Source: Podarcis bocagei
Lineage: Eukaryota
Length of the DNA: 64,000 nt
Assembly: GCA_964188305.1 (NCBI GenBank)
Contig: OZ076890.1
Strand: one strand, 5' to 3'
Each line of letters begins with the position of its first letter. Positions within the stretch are counted from its first letter, which is position 1. The position numbers were made by a program, and so were the translations under genes. Under the pieces are notes generated by a model that saw nothing but the letters and a program-made list of their open reading frames with translations, made no database searches and was not told the origin of the DNA. Shown here one piece after another: positions 1-14,211 of this stretch.

Positions 1-183
1 CAATACCTGTGTGCCATGCTTTATGCATTTTGGGTCAGTTTAGGATGGGCAGGAACCTTCCCTTTACCAATGATGTTTATCCAAGGAAAAAGAGCACTAT
101 GAGTTCTTTGCAAAAACATATTCATTCCTGTGACTTTAGGAGGAGGATGCGAGCTGCTGCTTGTTGGCCTTATCTCCTATTGC

Positions 184-335
184 CATGGGCGTAGCCAGGA
201 TTTGGGAGGGGGCAGAATCAATGTTGGGGGGGGGGGAATAACCAAGCTATCTGCGGTGTGATTGGTCAGCGATTGGTAAGTATTTTTATTTATTTACTTG
301 ATTTAGGGGATGACCCCTCCCTGGCTATGTCCATG
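184..335. mobile_element. Short non-autonomous DNA transposon (hAT-like MITE)
   Basis: Imperfect TIRs catgggcgtagccagg / cctggctatgtccatg; 8-bp flanks cctattgc / ccttttga (6/8 match). Confidence 0.6.
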
Positions 336-1267
336 CCTTTTGATGCTGCATCAGCCAGCTACAAAGAGAAATGCTGGGCAGGCAGGAGGGAGGATGAAAT
401 AAAGCAAGAAACCCCAGACCTCACTGGAGTAGTACCAGAAGACAAGCCAAAGAAGAAGCAATCTCCATCTAAATAATGTTCTGGCATACCATTGCTTTTT
501 CTTCAAGTATTCACAGAACTGATATTTTGCCTTGCTAAGCTGCCCGGCTCCATTTGAAAGGTGTCAGTGACATATCTCTTAAACGTGTGTGTATATCTAT
601 ACTGAAAAGTACGTTGATAAGCTCTTCACAATTTGAATTTGTTTTAAAAAATGAGTTATTTATTAGTGTTAAGTAGACATCAAATTGTCTCAGCCGATGT
701 AATATGGGATTAAATCCTGCTTTAAAAATAATAATCAAATAATTCAAGCCAGCAAGCCAGCCAACAAAAACAACCCCCCTAAACAACTCCCCAGACATAA
801 CCCAATTTATAGTTGGGGAAATCCATGGATTAGGGAGAAAGCTAACAGCAATTGTAATAAATGCCTATCCCTGTTTGGGTTGGGAAGATCTGTTGAGCTT
901 GGTCAGACAACCTCAGGGTCTATACAACTTATTTTCCCCAAAGCTCTTAGGTGTCTGTGAATTTGCTCACTGGTCCCTGGAGTTTCAAAAAATTAAGCTC
1001 TTGGTGTGTTTACTTGACTCTGTTTGATATAAAATTCATGTCCACGACTTGGAAGAAAAGCAAACTGAAACTAATAACATATTGTGTACATCTGTAGACT
1101 CTCTTTTTTTTTAACTATAGAAGAACATATCCAGGAAATAATTCAGTCTGGAATAATCCAAGCATTAGCAGCTAGGTACCGGTAAATCTGTATTCTGAAG
1201 CAGGAAGTTGCAGACTCTCACAACATGGCAGTTTGTGCACAGAACAAATGTAGCATAACAGTTAGAG

Positions 1268-1528
1268 CAGGGGTCAACAAACTTTTTCAGCAGTGGGCCA
1301 GTCCACTATCCCTCAGACCTTGTGGGGGGCCGGACTATTTTTTTTTTTTTGGGGGGGGGGAGAAATGAACAAATTCCTATGCCCCATAAATAACCCAGAG
1401 ATGCATTTTAAATAAAAGGACACATTCTACTCATGTAAAAACACACTGATTCCCAGACCGTCCATGGGCTGGATTTAGAAGGCGATTGGGCCGAATCCGG
1501 CCCCCAGGCCTTAGTTTGCCTACCCATG
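1268..1528. mobile_element. hAT (Charlie-like) MITE, family A copy 1
   Basis: Termini caggggtcaacaaact / agtttgcctacccatg; perfect 8-bp TSD agttagag (1260-1267, 1529-1536); body nearly identical to 34950-35179. Confidence 0.9.
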
Positions 1529-2663
1529 AGTTAGAGGGTAGGATTTGAACAGAGAGTTTGAGTTAGTCTCATGCACCGTAAAGCTTATTGGGTTGTCTTT
1601 GGCAATTACCCTAGGCTACCTCATAGGAAATAACGGGTTAATTATGTAACCCATGCTGAATTCATTGGAAGTAGACTAGAATATACATTTGATTTTAAAA
1701 AAAACCCCACTGCATTGCACTACCCAGAATTGCATTTTGTTTTATACTACTATCATATATCTACATATACACTGATCACAATCCAGCATGGGATCCATGA
1801 ACAACTGCATGCATGCGCGCACACACAAGTTTATTGGTATTTTTTTCCTGCAGCAATCCCTCATGTTGGGTTTCCATGTATTTTTTCCACATACTCCCAA
1901 GTTTAAGTAGCAGTTAGATTTCTGTTTGGCAGAAGGAACTGTTACAGAAGTGAAAGAGAGAGCCTAGTAAGTCCTAACAAGTATGTGTTATTTCCTGTTC
2001 CACTTCTCAGTATAAATGTACTTAGTGTACTCTGCACATTCTAGTCTAATTCTAGATTTCTTTATTACTTCTTTTCAAAGCACTGATGAAATATTCACAC
2101 TCTTAAACAGGAGGACACTGTTGAACCATGGTAAAACTTCAAAAGAAAAAACAATTTCCAACAACAGGGACTAGATGTCTCTATCAGTACTGGCAGCTGG
2201 TAAATTAAGCAGTGTTTGTGCTTTCAGCAAGCACACTGGAAATCTGAATGAAATGATGCAAAAGATAAAATTGTATCAGTCATTGCTGTTACTTTCATCA
2301 TTCAGAGTTGATGATGAACAGAGTACATAACTTTACACTGCTTAATACTCACATAAGCCTTGTAAAAGATGGTGACTATATATCTTAATAATCACAGATA
2401 GGATCGTTTAGGATCATTATATAAATTGCTACTATCTCCCTCTTGCCAAAGGATCATGCAGTTATTAACTTGAAGCATCTATACTGTTTTCCGTAACAGT
2501 AATGAAAGATGACAATTTCTAATTTATTTTATTCGTGTCATTGAAAGAAGACAACACTACCAATTGCATTTCTAGCATAACTCAACACACAATTCAGTAT
2601 TATGATTGCACATATTTGTTACTATTTTATAATGTGAGCTAGAATGTAACAATAATGCACTTT

Positions 2664-2700
2664 CAGTTCAAATATGGTAACAGTTCAAATATGGTAACAG
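2664..2700. repeat. 17-bp tandem duplication
   Basis: cagttcaaatatggtaa x2 followed by cag. Confidence 0.9.
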
Positions 2701-4965
2701 GAGAAATGGCATAGAGGTTTTCTGGAGAGTACCATCTGCTATTCTAAATTTGAGAATGGGCCAATATTTCTTTAACTGAAATATGAGCCCCAAGAGCCTA
2801 GAACAAATTGTTTATGCTAGTCAAGTATTCTCTAGCTCATCAACACAATATGAAACACAGTCTTTCAAAGTGACCCCAAGAGAAGAGCAGGGGAAAGAAC
2901 TGGGAAGAGAAGAACTGGGGAAAGAAGTGACAACATGAGCACATGAGCACTGGGAGAAATGTACCATGCCAAGTGGTTTAAAGAGTGACAACCTTGTCCT
3001 GGGAGAGGGTTAAGATCCTTCCTGAAACTCTTCAGTCTAGAGGTTTGAGGGTTTTTTAGAGGTTAGGGCAGGATACTCTATGCTACCTTCCTGATTCATA
3101 TAATAAGGCAGCCCTCTGTCACTAACATTTTGGTTTAATGGGGTCTTTTCCTTATTACTCAAACCCAATTTCCTGAAGTTTCTCTCTCTTCAGTTAAAGG
3201 CAGGAGTATTCAGCTCAGTTTATCGGGCTTAGGAAGGCCCACTTTTCTGGCCTTAGCAAAGCCTACTCTGACAAAGTTAAGGGTGTCTGATTTAGCTGAT
3301 TCAATTCCGCTGGCTTTGTTAACTTGGACTGTAAGGGAACATTCTCTTGCCATTAGCTTTCTGCTATAATCACTAAATTATCAGCTCCACTCATGAAAAT
3401 GCAAAAGAGCGGACAGTACTTTGGTAGGCTAGCAGGTACTTTATAGCAAATTATCACATTTCTCCTGTGTGTGAAATTTTAATGAAGTTTTCCTTTCCTT
3501 CTTGATTTTCTTAGTAATATAGGCACTACCTTTTGGTTGCGAGGGTGAGAAATAACAAAATCACTCGTAACTGCTCTAATCAGCAAACCTCGCACACTAA
3601 TTATAGAACTTCTGGAGTACCAAAGTCAGTGTTTAATTATTAAAGGAATTCAATTAAAGGAAGGCATTCCTATGTTAACTGCAGCTGTGGTAGACATATC
3701 TAATCAGTATACAAAGGTTAGCTTTTATATGTATACAAATGCGTATGGGATGGCATCTGCAGTGTGGTAGAAGTATCGTTCATGATTAACAAAGAATTAC
3801 TTTGATTTCTTTTGGAAAAAACATGTTCAGTGACTGTGAAGCTTGTTCCCATTCCTTGAGAATCTGAAATTGTTCTCTGAAACAGTGAACGCAATCATAG
3901 TGATAATTTCTGGAAAACTGCAAAGGCTGTTGAAAGCAACAAATATTTACTGGGCTGTACCTATATTATCAATGTCTCATGCCACTATGCCAAATTTTTG
4001 GCTACAGCTTGCTGGGACATGGAAAACGACAGGGACAAGTCTGTCCAAATGTTACAGGGGCAGGGACAGAACTTCACTAAAAGCTCCGGTTTTGTGGCAG
4101 CAAAACCCTGACAAGTATTGCACAGCTTGGAGGTAGAAACAAATGACCAGGGAACCACAAAGTGGCTCTAAATGGACAGAGACTGAATTGTAGCCTCTAT
4201 TGCGAAAAGCCTATATTACTTTCGTTGCTCTGTGTGATTATACTGAACTAACACTGTACAGTTCTTTGTTGCAGGAACTTATAATTACTTCTCAGAGTTG
4301 ATACAGCTACAAGTTTATAAGAGGAATTAAAGTGAGGAAGGGGTAGGAATATAGACTACTACTCTTGCAGGCAGATCCAGGAAGAACAATGACTACATGA
4401 ACAGTGACCATCCTCAAGGGGAAAAAGTGTCATATATTCCTTTTATTAAAAATTAGTAGCTAATTAAAAATAAAACACATCCTAATTATTTTTCTAGCAT
4501 TAGTTCTTTACAATAAAACTGATCTTTGAAATTAAGGCAAAAATTAGATGGCCTGTTTAAAATGTTAATGAAGAAACTAGCATAAAATGACAACAGTGCT
4601 TTGCAGTCTTTTAATGTCTCAACACTTAGAAGGTGCTAATACACTAACACTGTACTAAGTTCTCCTTTTAAGCCTGGAAAAAATGGAATCTTTCAAAAAG
4701 TTATAGAAAAGGGTATGCGGGGTTATTTTTCTTTTGAATTATTCCTCTCCTCCTTTCTCTTATGAGTATGATGTGGTACCTGATGCATCCTACTATAAGG
4801 TTAATATGTTAAATTTTGGACACCAACTTCTTTTGTCTCAGTGTATCACCAGTATATATCATATTGTTTACAACTTTTTTGGGGTGCAGAAGTATTGCTG
4901 TGACAGCGAGATAACTCCAGACAAACATATGTGAGTTTACAAGGAAAGAAAATATATATTATTAC

Positions 4966-5136
4966 CTTGCTCCAGGCGACTTCAGCATCTAAATTGATAG
5001 GCATGCCTTCTACTGCTGATCTCTTTGTCAGTTCTGAATCTGTCACTGCCAGCCATTCTGTCAGAGCATTCATTTCCTTTCTCAGTTTCCGAGATAATTT
5101 CAAACATTTCTCTAGCTCTTGCTTTTTTTCAGTCAC
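4966..5136 (-). CDS. DMD: Dystrophin exon 34 (171 nt)
   Basis: cttctgcag|GTG ACT GAA; VTEKKQELEKCLKLSRKLRKEMNALTEWLAVTDSELTKRSAVEGMPINLDAEVAWSK; AAG|gtaata. Confidence 0.97.
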
Positions 5137-6026
5137 CTGCAGAAGGGGGAGGGGGAATGAAGAGCAAAACCTCTAAATGCTTCACCACCTTAAGTGCTAC
5201 TGAGACGGATGCTCATATTTCTGGCAGTAGTTTTTCTCCTGGTCAAAAGATTCCACCATCAAGTCCCCATGATTGTAGAGGTCATCTATCCTTTGTTTCA
5301 CATCTACAGTTCCCAGAAATGCTAAATCTTTTTTATAGCAAACGTATGATAAGAATACACCTCAGAATGTTAGCCTTTCTCATTACACTTTAGACTACAT
5401 TCTTTTGTCAGTACTAGATCAGCATTCTACTTAATAGCAAACCAACTACTTCACACTGAAACAAAAACAGAATGGCTAGATTAATTATAATTTGCAAAGT
5501 TAGCTTCAATAAAAGAAACAAAATGAAGATTAAAAGTATGCTTTAACTTGGTGCTCTTTATGCATATTTAAGTACACTGCAGTCATGTTTTATGTCCTTT
5601 TAATGCCAACCTTCAGAATTTATTGATTCAATAAAAGTTGTTTTCATCCAGCTCGACCTGCAACTCCTGTCTTATTCATTTTATTTTTATTTTATTTAAA
5701 GGAATTTTAAACCACAATATTTAACATCTCTAAGTGATGTGCAAAAATATAGACTTAGGAACAGTATAAAAAAATGGATAGAGCAACAGAAACCTAGTAA
5801 TAACCAGTTGTCTGAAGCAACTGATGGATGATGCCCCAGCTACAGCATAAGGAAGAGCTTATGAACATGCATGTGATCTCCAGTATCCCTTTCTCCCTAT
5901 TTAATGTGCACTATTTGCTTGTATTTACAACAAAACGAAACACAGAGCCTCCTGGGCATAATCTGCCACTTGCATGCAGCCCTTACATGCATGGAAGGGG
6001 GACTTCAGAAGAAACCATTGACCTTT

Positions 6027-6112
6027 TTCCTGCTTAGCAGGGGGTTGGACTCGATGGCCCTTGTGGTCTCTTCCAACTCTATGATTCTATGATTCTATGA
6101 TTCTATGATTCT
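6027..6112 (+). mobile_element. CR1 LINE 3' end (5'-truncated)
   Basis: gcagggggttggactcgatggcc...ttccaactctatg followed by the (ATTCTATG)n octamer tail typical of CR1. Confidence 0.88.
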
Positions 6113-6295
6113 TGCAGCAGACACCAAGAATGATGAATCAATGCTGAAGAGAAGCAATCAAAGGAGCAACTCTTCAAACACAATTTGTTATCAGAAATTA
6201 TAATGAAAATGACCATTTTTTTGCTATGCAGTTACTACTTCAGTATTATCATACCCACCTGAATTCTCTTTTAGTTTAACTTCATACTTCATTGT

Positions 6296-6494
6296 CAGGA
6301 GCACCCAAACTTTAAAGAGGGCCAGATTTGATGAAGTGAACATGCATGAGGGCTGACCAAAGTTGTTGGGCTTTTTTTTAGGATTGAAGTTGTTGAGCTT
6401 TTAGGATTTTACCCCAGGACATATACTGCCACGGGAGCCAGATTAAATTGACCGGCGGGCTGGATTAGGCCACCCGAAATGGACTTTGGACATG
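6296..6494. mobile_element. Degenerate hAT-like MITE
   Basis: Termini caggagcacccaaac ... gactttggacatg with gggcc/gggccgga-like subterminal motifs; no clear TSD. Confidence 0.5.
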
Positions 6495-6649
6495 AGACAA
6501 TGGCTTAGTTCCATTTTCATTCCATTCAAAGAAGCTTCCACCCATATAAACTGAATGACGGGTTCATATCACAGGCCCAACACCTGCTCTTTTGACCGTT
6601 ACCCATCACACCTAATAAAAGCTATCCTGAAGGAAGTTACCATGTGGGT

Positions 6650-6792
6650 CCAGGGAGTCAGGTTCTCCTGACCATTCAGAAGGTGGTTGTGGTTAGGCCC
6701 CTTCTCAAAAGTCCCTCCTTGCTCCTAGAAGTACTTAGTAACTACCACACAGTTGCAAATCTCCCTTTTTGGAGGCTAAGGTGATTGAGATA
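6650..6792 (+). mobile_element. L2-type LINE ORF2 fragment (start of the RT region)
   Basis: From 6677 translates QKVVVVRPLLKSPSLLLEVLSNYHTVANLPF, resembling the L2/CR1 motif KEAVVRPLLKKPSLDP..NYRPVANLPFLGKV. Confidence 0.7.
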
Positions 6793-8431
6793 GGTTCAAA
6801 AGAGCCCTCTGCATTTAACAGATTAAAGCAATGCAAAAAGACAAATAAATAATCGCCTCCCCTTTAGCCTCAGTAGCTTGTTGTTAGCACCCTTGGGAAT
6901 TTCTGATCCATGGCTTACGCTTATGATATGGAGAAGTGCACTATGTTAATACTTTTGATGCAACTTTCAGTATGTGTTTAACTACTAGTGAGCTTATTCC
7001 CCCTTTCTTTTTCATATATGCACAGTTAATGCAAAAAAGCTGTTGATAGTTGAAGTTTAACATTTCCACACTATTTATTCGAGGGGGAAATCTGGTGTCT
7101 TTTGCATAGTACTAGCAATGCAACCTCTTGCATATTTCACTCAGAAGTAAGTTTACTGGATTCAATGGAGCTCAGTGCTTCATTCAGTATATAAGACTGC
7201 AGCCACAGTCCATCTTGGTTGTTTTGCTTTTGGGACAAAGGGACCTTTGAATTCTAATGGGACTGTTTATTTCTAGAAATGTAAATTTTGAAATAGTTAA
7301 GAGCATGCAAAACTATATACGAATGGTGCTTCGTTGAGTTTAGAGAAATAATGACAGGTGTAGCATATATATAGCTGTTCCCTACCCCTTATTTCAACTA
7401 GGAGAGTTTCAGAAAAATTGTATGGTTGGATGTACACTATAATGGGTAATATCACTTTATTTCCCCATTTTCGATTTACATGTTATAAAAGAAATGTAGG
7501 AAATACTGCCATCTTAAGGTCTTTCTTTTTTACACAGTTAACTCCGTTTACCATTTCATCTCACAACAGTTGAATCAAAGTACACATTACATGTTTTATT
7601 TATTTATTTAAAGCAGGATTAGTTTAGAATTTGGTTGGAGGAAGGGCTAATGGTAAAAGGCTGCTTTCTTCTGAAGTTATTTATCAGGTTTAAATGACCC
7701 TGTCCAGGATGCTTTTTCACCTAAGGGAAAACACTCACAGGTTCTCCGTATCTTCCCTGCATCTTCCACAGGTGAAAAAGCATTTCAGGGTGATTGTTTT
7801 TAGACTAAAAACCTAACAGAGTGGGAAGGATTAAGCAGCTTTATAAATGAGGCAGCAGTGAAAATACACACCATTCCCTCTTCCTATGCTTCCTTACACT
7901 GTCTTCACCCCTCCAATAACTTTCTCCTTTGCGAACCAAAGGTTACACACATCCTCTACTCATTTTCACTTGTTGTCCTATCCATAAAACTCTTTTCACT
8001 GGCACATTAAAATCCTCATTTAAAATGGCATATTTCACATTGGCATGTGCTAATTAATTTTGCATTTTCCTATTCTACTGTTTTCTTGACTGTAGGAGCA
8101 AAACCTGCATTTACCTATTTTTTAATAGAAAGTATCAAGTATTTGCAAGTTCTCTTGAAAACCATCATCCTGAATATGAAGGCCAGTCCTCCATATATCT
8201 AATTCTACACTTAGAAATGATATTGTTTAGTTACATTATTTCAATATATAATTGGGCCACTCTGAATAGACAGTTAATAGAATCTTTTTCTCACTGAGAA
8301 AGGAAAGACAAATAAAATCAATTTAAGAGAGGAAAATAAAATAAACAAAACAAAATGCAACAAAATGGAAGAGATAGATTTCGCTTTACAACTGAGAGGC
8401 AGACTTTAGCACTGAAAAGCGTAGAACATAC

Positions 8432-8587
8432 CTTGGCACCCAAATCATTATATTGTAATTTCAAAGCTGTTAGCCTTTCATCCAGTTCTTTTGGGTTTTC
8501 CGTTTGCTGTTTTTGCACAATCTGACGCCCAGTTTTTATGACTGTTTCCACTTCAGATTTTACTTCACTAAGAGTTTTATACAATTT
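8432..8587 (-). CDS. DMD: Dystrophin exon 33 (156 nt)
   Basis: ttggctag|AAA TTG TAT; [52 protein letters not shown]; AAG|gtatgt. Confidence 0.97.
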
Positions 8588-8711
8588 CTAGCCAACACAG
8601 AAAAGGAAATGTTTAATTTCACTGAAATTACACTGATTTTTGCAAAATGTCATAGGTATAGTCCAATAAGTTGCCTTACATGTGAACTATTATTGTATTG
8701 GAAATACTCAC

Positions 8712-8885
8712 CATACAGTAATCAAGCTGGGATTGCACTGCTTCCTGCTCGACACTCCTCAACTCCAACTTCGGCACTTGCAATTTCACTTCATCTAAAA
8801 TTATTTTACATTCCTGTAAGCGCTGCTCAAAATTGGCTGGCTTTTGGAACAAGCGAAACTTCATGAAGACATCTTGTAGCTTTTT
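8712..8885 (-). CDS. DMD: Dystrophin exon 32 (174 nt)
   Basis: tattttcag|AAA AAG CTA; KKLQDVFMKFRLFQKPANFEQRLQECKIILDEVKLQVPKLELRSVEQEAVQSQLDYCM; ATG|gtgagt. Confidence 0.97.
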
Positions 8886-9439
8886 CTGAAAATAATATAT
8901 GAGATGAAAGGAAGAGGGGTGCAAAGTATGCAGATTAAGTCATTATGCTAATACAGTCACGGTCATGATTTTATGAAGACAAAATAAGGGACAGAGCAGT
9001 CCTGCTTCTACATACTGAGGAGAAACTTGGCTATTCCCTTTATTTTTCTTTTGAAAGCATGTCTAGGCAGCTTAGCAAACAATTACACTGTGCCCTCCTG
9101 TGCAGCTTCCTTTGGATTGGTAGCAAGTTCCCAAGAATTTAAAGAATGCTACTTGCTAGGTCATTTCACACAAATGATCAGATAGGTTGCAATATTGAGT
9201 TGCATTTCCTTTGAATATTTAGTCTGCAAGTGTATTATTAGTTTCAGGTCATATTCAGGCAACCCTGTATTGGGAAATTTTAAATGTCTAATGTTTTATA
9301 AATTTTTTATGTGCTATATGTGGTGGGTGTGCGTCAGTAAACGAGGGGAATTAAGACTAAGAGAGCTGAGTGGGGGGTGCTGGTGTAATCTCACTGTATA
9401 CAAGTTGTACAAGTGACAATAAAGTATTTCAATTTCAAT

Positions 9440-9493
9440 AAGCAGCCCAGAGTGGCTGGGGAAACCCAACCAGATGGGCAGGGTATAAATAAA

Positions 9494-9539
<46 letters not shown>
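9440..9539 (+). mobile_element. L2 LINE 3' end with (ATT)15 microsatellite tail
   Basis: gcagcccagagtggctggggaaacccaaccagatgggcagggtataaat followed by (att)n at 9494-9538; related reverse-strand fragment at 62031-62102. Confidence 0.8.
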
Positions 9540-9875
9540 GGCAACATAAGTTATTTATACACAGTGCATGCATTTTGGAAAGAAAGAATCCAATGGTAAG
9601 ATGCACATGAATAGCATTTTTTTTCTTTTTAACAGGAATCGCCACCCACTGCACTACATGAGAGTAAGCTTGACAGAGCAGATAAGAACCAAAATAGTAA
9701 ATATGACTTATCACCTTTAACCACTGGCAAAAAAATTGAAAAAGTTAATGTGGCATTCCATTAAAGTATAGTTTTGTTAGTTTTCTTTTTCCCAAACCTG
9801 AAGGTTGGGGTAAATATAAAAATGCTCATGGTGAATCAGCTGACTTGCACAAGGTCTGTGAAATGTTCCATGCTG

Positions 9876-10188
9876 TGCATAGTTAAACTTTGGAACTCCC
9901 TCCCACAGGAGACAGTGGTGACCACTAACTGGGTAGCTTTAAAAGTGAATTGGACTAATTCATGGAGGATAAGGCTACTAATGGCCACTAGACGTTATAG
10001 CTATGCTTTGCCTCCACAGTCAGAGGCAGTAATGCTTCTGAATACCATTTGCTGGAAAATGGGGGCGGGGGGTTGCTGTTATGCTCAGGTCCTGCTTGCA
10101 GGTTTCCCACAGGCAACTCAACTGCCACAGAGAAAACAGGATGATGGACTAGATGAGTCTGATCCAGCAGGATCTTCTTATATTCTTA
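9876..10188 (+). mobile_element. CR1-type LINE 3' end (ORF2 C-terminus plus 3' UTR)
   Basis: IVKLWNSLPQETVVTTN-like peptide, then ttcatggaggataagg...ggactagatg...ttcttatattctta; same family at 34790-35370, 48240-48335 and 52630-52770. Confidence 0.75.
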
Positions 10189-10711
10189 TTTTTGGAACAT
10201 CTGACTGCCATGCCTTTTTAGAACCTGCTCCTTAAAATTACTGTCTACTTCAAAAAATGTTTGCCATCAGGCGTGCTCTTCAAGCAAACAGCAAGTTTAA
10301 AACTCTCTTGGGATTGCTGATCTGGCCTCACAGCTAAAAAAATTATGACCAAAGAATTTATTTTTGTGGCAGAAGGGTATTTGTGAAGATGAAAATAACA
10401 AGAAGAGGTTTTTCAAAAATGTGTATTTTGCATTAACAAAAGCATCTGTTCTGAATTCCCTGAATCAAGGCACTTCAACCCTACACATTTTTATTTAGAT
10501 GCTGGTTTTTCCTTGGTCTCATTGTAAATCAAATAATAATGTTATAAGCTAAGCAAGCAGGACTTTCTCCCCCCACCCAAAAAACACACCACCACCCTGT
10601 GGATAGAAAGTATAGCTGTTTCACATGTAATCAATTATTGCTTATTCAGTTTTGTGTATTTTAAAGAAGGGATTCAAACTCAGTATGTAAAAGAAAGCCA
10701 ATTTTACAAAC

Positions 10712-10822
10712 CTGTGCAGTATCGATTTGGGAGAATATCCTTTTGGTGGCATCCTTACCCCGGTTCCGTTTTTTCATTTCATCCAAACTAATCTCATGGC
10801 TTGTCAACTCTGATTGAATTTT
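10712..10822 (-). CDS. DMD: Dystrophin exon 31 (111 nt; not in ORF track)
   Basis: ccaaacag|AAA ATT CAA; KIQSELTSHEISLDEMKKRNRGKDATKRIFSQIDTAQ; CAG|gtttgt. Confidence 0.96.
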
Positions 10823-13800
10823 CTGTTTGGAGGAAAAAAAGATGTGTTTAAAATCAAAGTAGATTATTTTGACAGGGAAATATATAAGATCCAGGCTCTG
10901 GAATAAATCATATGAAATTACTAAGATTGTGACACTGTCTTGTGCTCTACTTGGTATATTCTTCTTATTGCTTTAAAATGATAGTATCTCTTATGCCCAC
11001 TTGGACATAAAACAAAAAAGTATAACTTTGTTCTATAACAATTAAATTGCATTGTAGGTACATACTAAAGGCTTCTTCATCAGGGTTACAATTCTCATCC
11101 CTATGAAAACTAAATATAACTATAGAAACAATTAAATGTGAACAAAAAGGGGGGTTTATAGTAGAATAATTGTTTTTTAAAAAATAGTTTTTTTTATTAA
11201 AAAAGCATGATAAATACACAACACCACTCTGAAGCAAGTATATGAAATGTAATAATCTTAGTGGTTTTTACAGCAAGTGTTTTTGTCTGTTATTTCCAAC
11301 AAGAACCAGCGATTGGTGAAATTCCTCCAATGCAAATTTCAACCCTTTACACCTCATGATAGAGTAGGCTCATAAGATACCAAATGTCTTGCACAATACT
11401 GACCAATGCAATGTCACACAAAACAACTCATATCCTACACACTGAGATGAGCTAATTTAGACCAATTCAAACCAATTTATGAGGAAATTGTTGGAAATGA
11501 ATATCTGCTAGTGGATGAACTGCTAAACAATTACCAGAGAGAACAGCTATACCAGGAAATATCTGGCAGCTTTCTTTCTCATCAAGATGAATATTAGGGA
11601 CCATTACTGCAAAATGTGGGAGGAAAATCTGTCAGAAGATTTTATCTAGACCACATTTTAATCAAATCAGCAATTCACTCTCTCTCTATTCCCTAGAAGT
11701 ACAAGGCTAAAGCTGGATATATCTTCTGTCCAAGAACATAAAGTCTGTAATTCCATTAATGTTACAAATAGTATTTTTGTTAACTGAAAATGAACAGATG
11801 TGGTAAAAGCAAGAAACTGTATGCAAGTTGGCTTTTTCCTCATACTCTCATTTACTGTGTAGGCGACTTTATCCACCAGCAGTTAACATGAATGCGGAGA
11901 GGAGTATGACAAGCACATGGGGACACTCCCAATCTTGCAGCACGCTCTGCCCAACATTATTTATTGAGATATTTATGGAAGGAGAGGACAGATACACCAA
12001 GGAGTTCACATAGAAGACAACAGTCTCTTTTGCATGTCCCTTTCTTCTCCACCTTGATCTTGGGGTGATGGGGCAGGGTAGCGTCAAAGGTTTGATTTAA
12101 ACATGAAGCTGGGCATGTAAGAAAAACCTACCCATGCAGTGCTCCATGTGCCTGGTGTCTCATTTAAAATGGGTTGCCTCGTCTGAAGGTGCAGCATTAA
12201 CACTCTAGAGATCTACTGTCTAGGTGGACATATTCTGGCATATAGACACATAGATAAATTCTTGGTCTTCTACTCAACATGCTTAAAAAGGGGTGGAATA
12301 TAGTGAAATAAAGCCTCTATGTGACTCTTCCTCTGCTTTCACTCTTGTCCATTACCAAAATGGGAAATAGAAGATAAAAGGGGTGGGTATGGGGTTAGAA
12401 AAGTAGAAGGAAGAAAAGTCTCCTCCTTGCACCCTTTTCAGTCAACCCTAGGATAAATTAACAGGGTCTGTAATGGAAAGAGGGGGGGGTGCACACTTCA
12501 GGAGGCAGATTTAGCCCATGTGATTGCCGGTTGACAATTCATACTTGACATTGTATAATAAAGTATTATAAAGTTTACAATCAGTCAGTTAATCAGATGC
12601 ATATGTACACACATACTTTCATGTATGTTCAAAATAAAATAAAGCTTCTAGAAATTGGACAAGTCTAGCTACTGTGATTAAACACAAGCACAGTTGGTTT
12701 ATCAGAGATGGACAAAGCAAGCCCACAAATGGTATGGAATAACCCACCCAGTAGAATATTTTATGTATGCATAATAAGGCTGCTGATAAGGAAAGATGCA
12801 AACTATCTAACATGCTATAGAGAAGAGGAGACAGAGAGGCACTATTTTATTGCTATTATGGCTGTACTGCATTTACAAAATGTAAAGAGAATTAATAAAA
12901 TTTGACATTATGCTTCTGGGGGGAAAGGACCCAAACATATTGAAAATGGTTCACCAATTAATGTATATAAAGTTAATTGATATTTTTTTTAATTTAGAGC
13001 ACGGTCCAGGTAGAGCACATGCATTGCAGACAAAAAGGTGGTAAAGATGGTTGTATTGCCAGTCAGTGCAGACAATGTTGAGCTAAGCTGTCTTGGTACA
13101 TGGCAGATTTGTATTTTCCCAATAGTTGACTAGTTATTAAATCAAACCTAAGGTTCTATCTTTATGCCTGTCATATCCATTGCCTTCCACGTCATCTTGA
13201 TTTCAAGTTAGCAATATATTTTATTTCATTACCAAGTTGTGACTCCTTTTCTATAATTAGAAAAATCACTTTTGGTCACAGACTTCTGTTCTCTGCCATA
13301 AGATTGCTTAACCTTAAGAAATTAGCCCACATAAACTATTAAGACTGCTTCTATAATATCTGCAGTTTTCAAGGGATTTAAAGTGGTTTCATGTGGCTGG
13401 TTTTACTTCCCCTTACCCAATTTATTATTTTGTTTCTTCAGATAAACTGAAAGGCATTTTAAGTAATAAAGGAAGATAGAGATTGTATTTTATTTATTTA
13501 TTTGATTGTATTTATTTATTTCAAACCATAGCCTCTAGGTGAATATGATGTCCAACAGGAAACAATGGAACCCACTGTCAACATAAATCTTTAGCAAAAA
13601 AACCTGAATTTATCCTAATCAATAGTATAGTCGTTATGGAGCCCAGGAAATATTAGGGACTTGTTCAAATGTTCATTGATGCATCCTTAGGAGATTATTT
13701 TTTAAAAAGTAAAGAATATAGTTGTTTGAGGAAAATAATGGGATTGAACTAGAACAGATTTATTAACTTGGCCACATCTGCTTATCAAAGTCTTTGTAAG

Positions 13801-14128
13801 ACTTCCTTGAAAATCACAACAAATTATGTTTTGCAGTACAATCATTATTGATGTCTGAAAGCCAGCATTTTCACATAAGGGAAGGGTTTTTTTAATTCAA
13901 AATATAAACTGTGCATTAATCTTAAAATTCTTCTAATATATTTCACCCAATTCCAGAAATCTGTGTTTCATTTTGGCTAATGTATCCTTTCTTACAAATA
14001 CAATTAATGAAAGTTACGTACTTCAGAAATGTTCTTAAAATGTGAAGCAAAAGTTGACAGACACAAAGCTAAGGAATGAAGGATGTGGCTATATTCTTTA
14101 ATTTATTTCATTTTATATGAGATTATGG

Positions 14129-14211
14129 CTCCAATCCTATACAGTTTCCTGGGAGTAAATCCCACTGAATTCAATGGGGATTACTTCTGAGTAGACTATA
14201 TAGGATTGTAC
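14129..14211. mobile_element. Short palindromic MITE-like repeat
   Basis: caatcctata ... tataggattg inverted ends around agtaaatcccactgaattcaatggg; related copies near 7120-7200 and 31184-31270. Confidence 0.6.

Noticed and set aside
9314-9714. Poly-N and poly-I ORFs
   Set aside because: Translations of the (ATT)n tail of an L2 element.
11050-11100. Hammerhead ribozyme (CTGATGA on the minus strand, Penelope-like context)
   Set aside because: No downstream GAAA box or complete stems.
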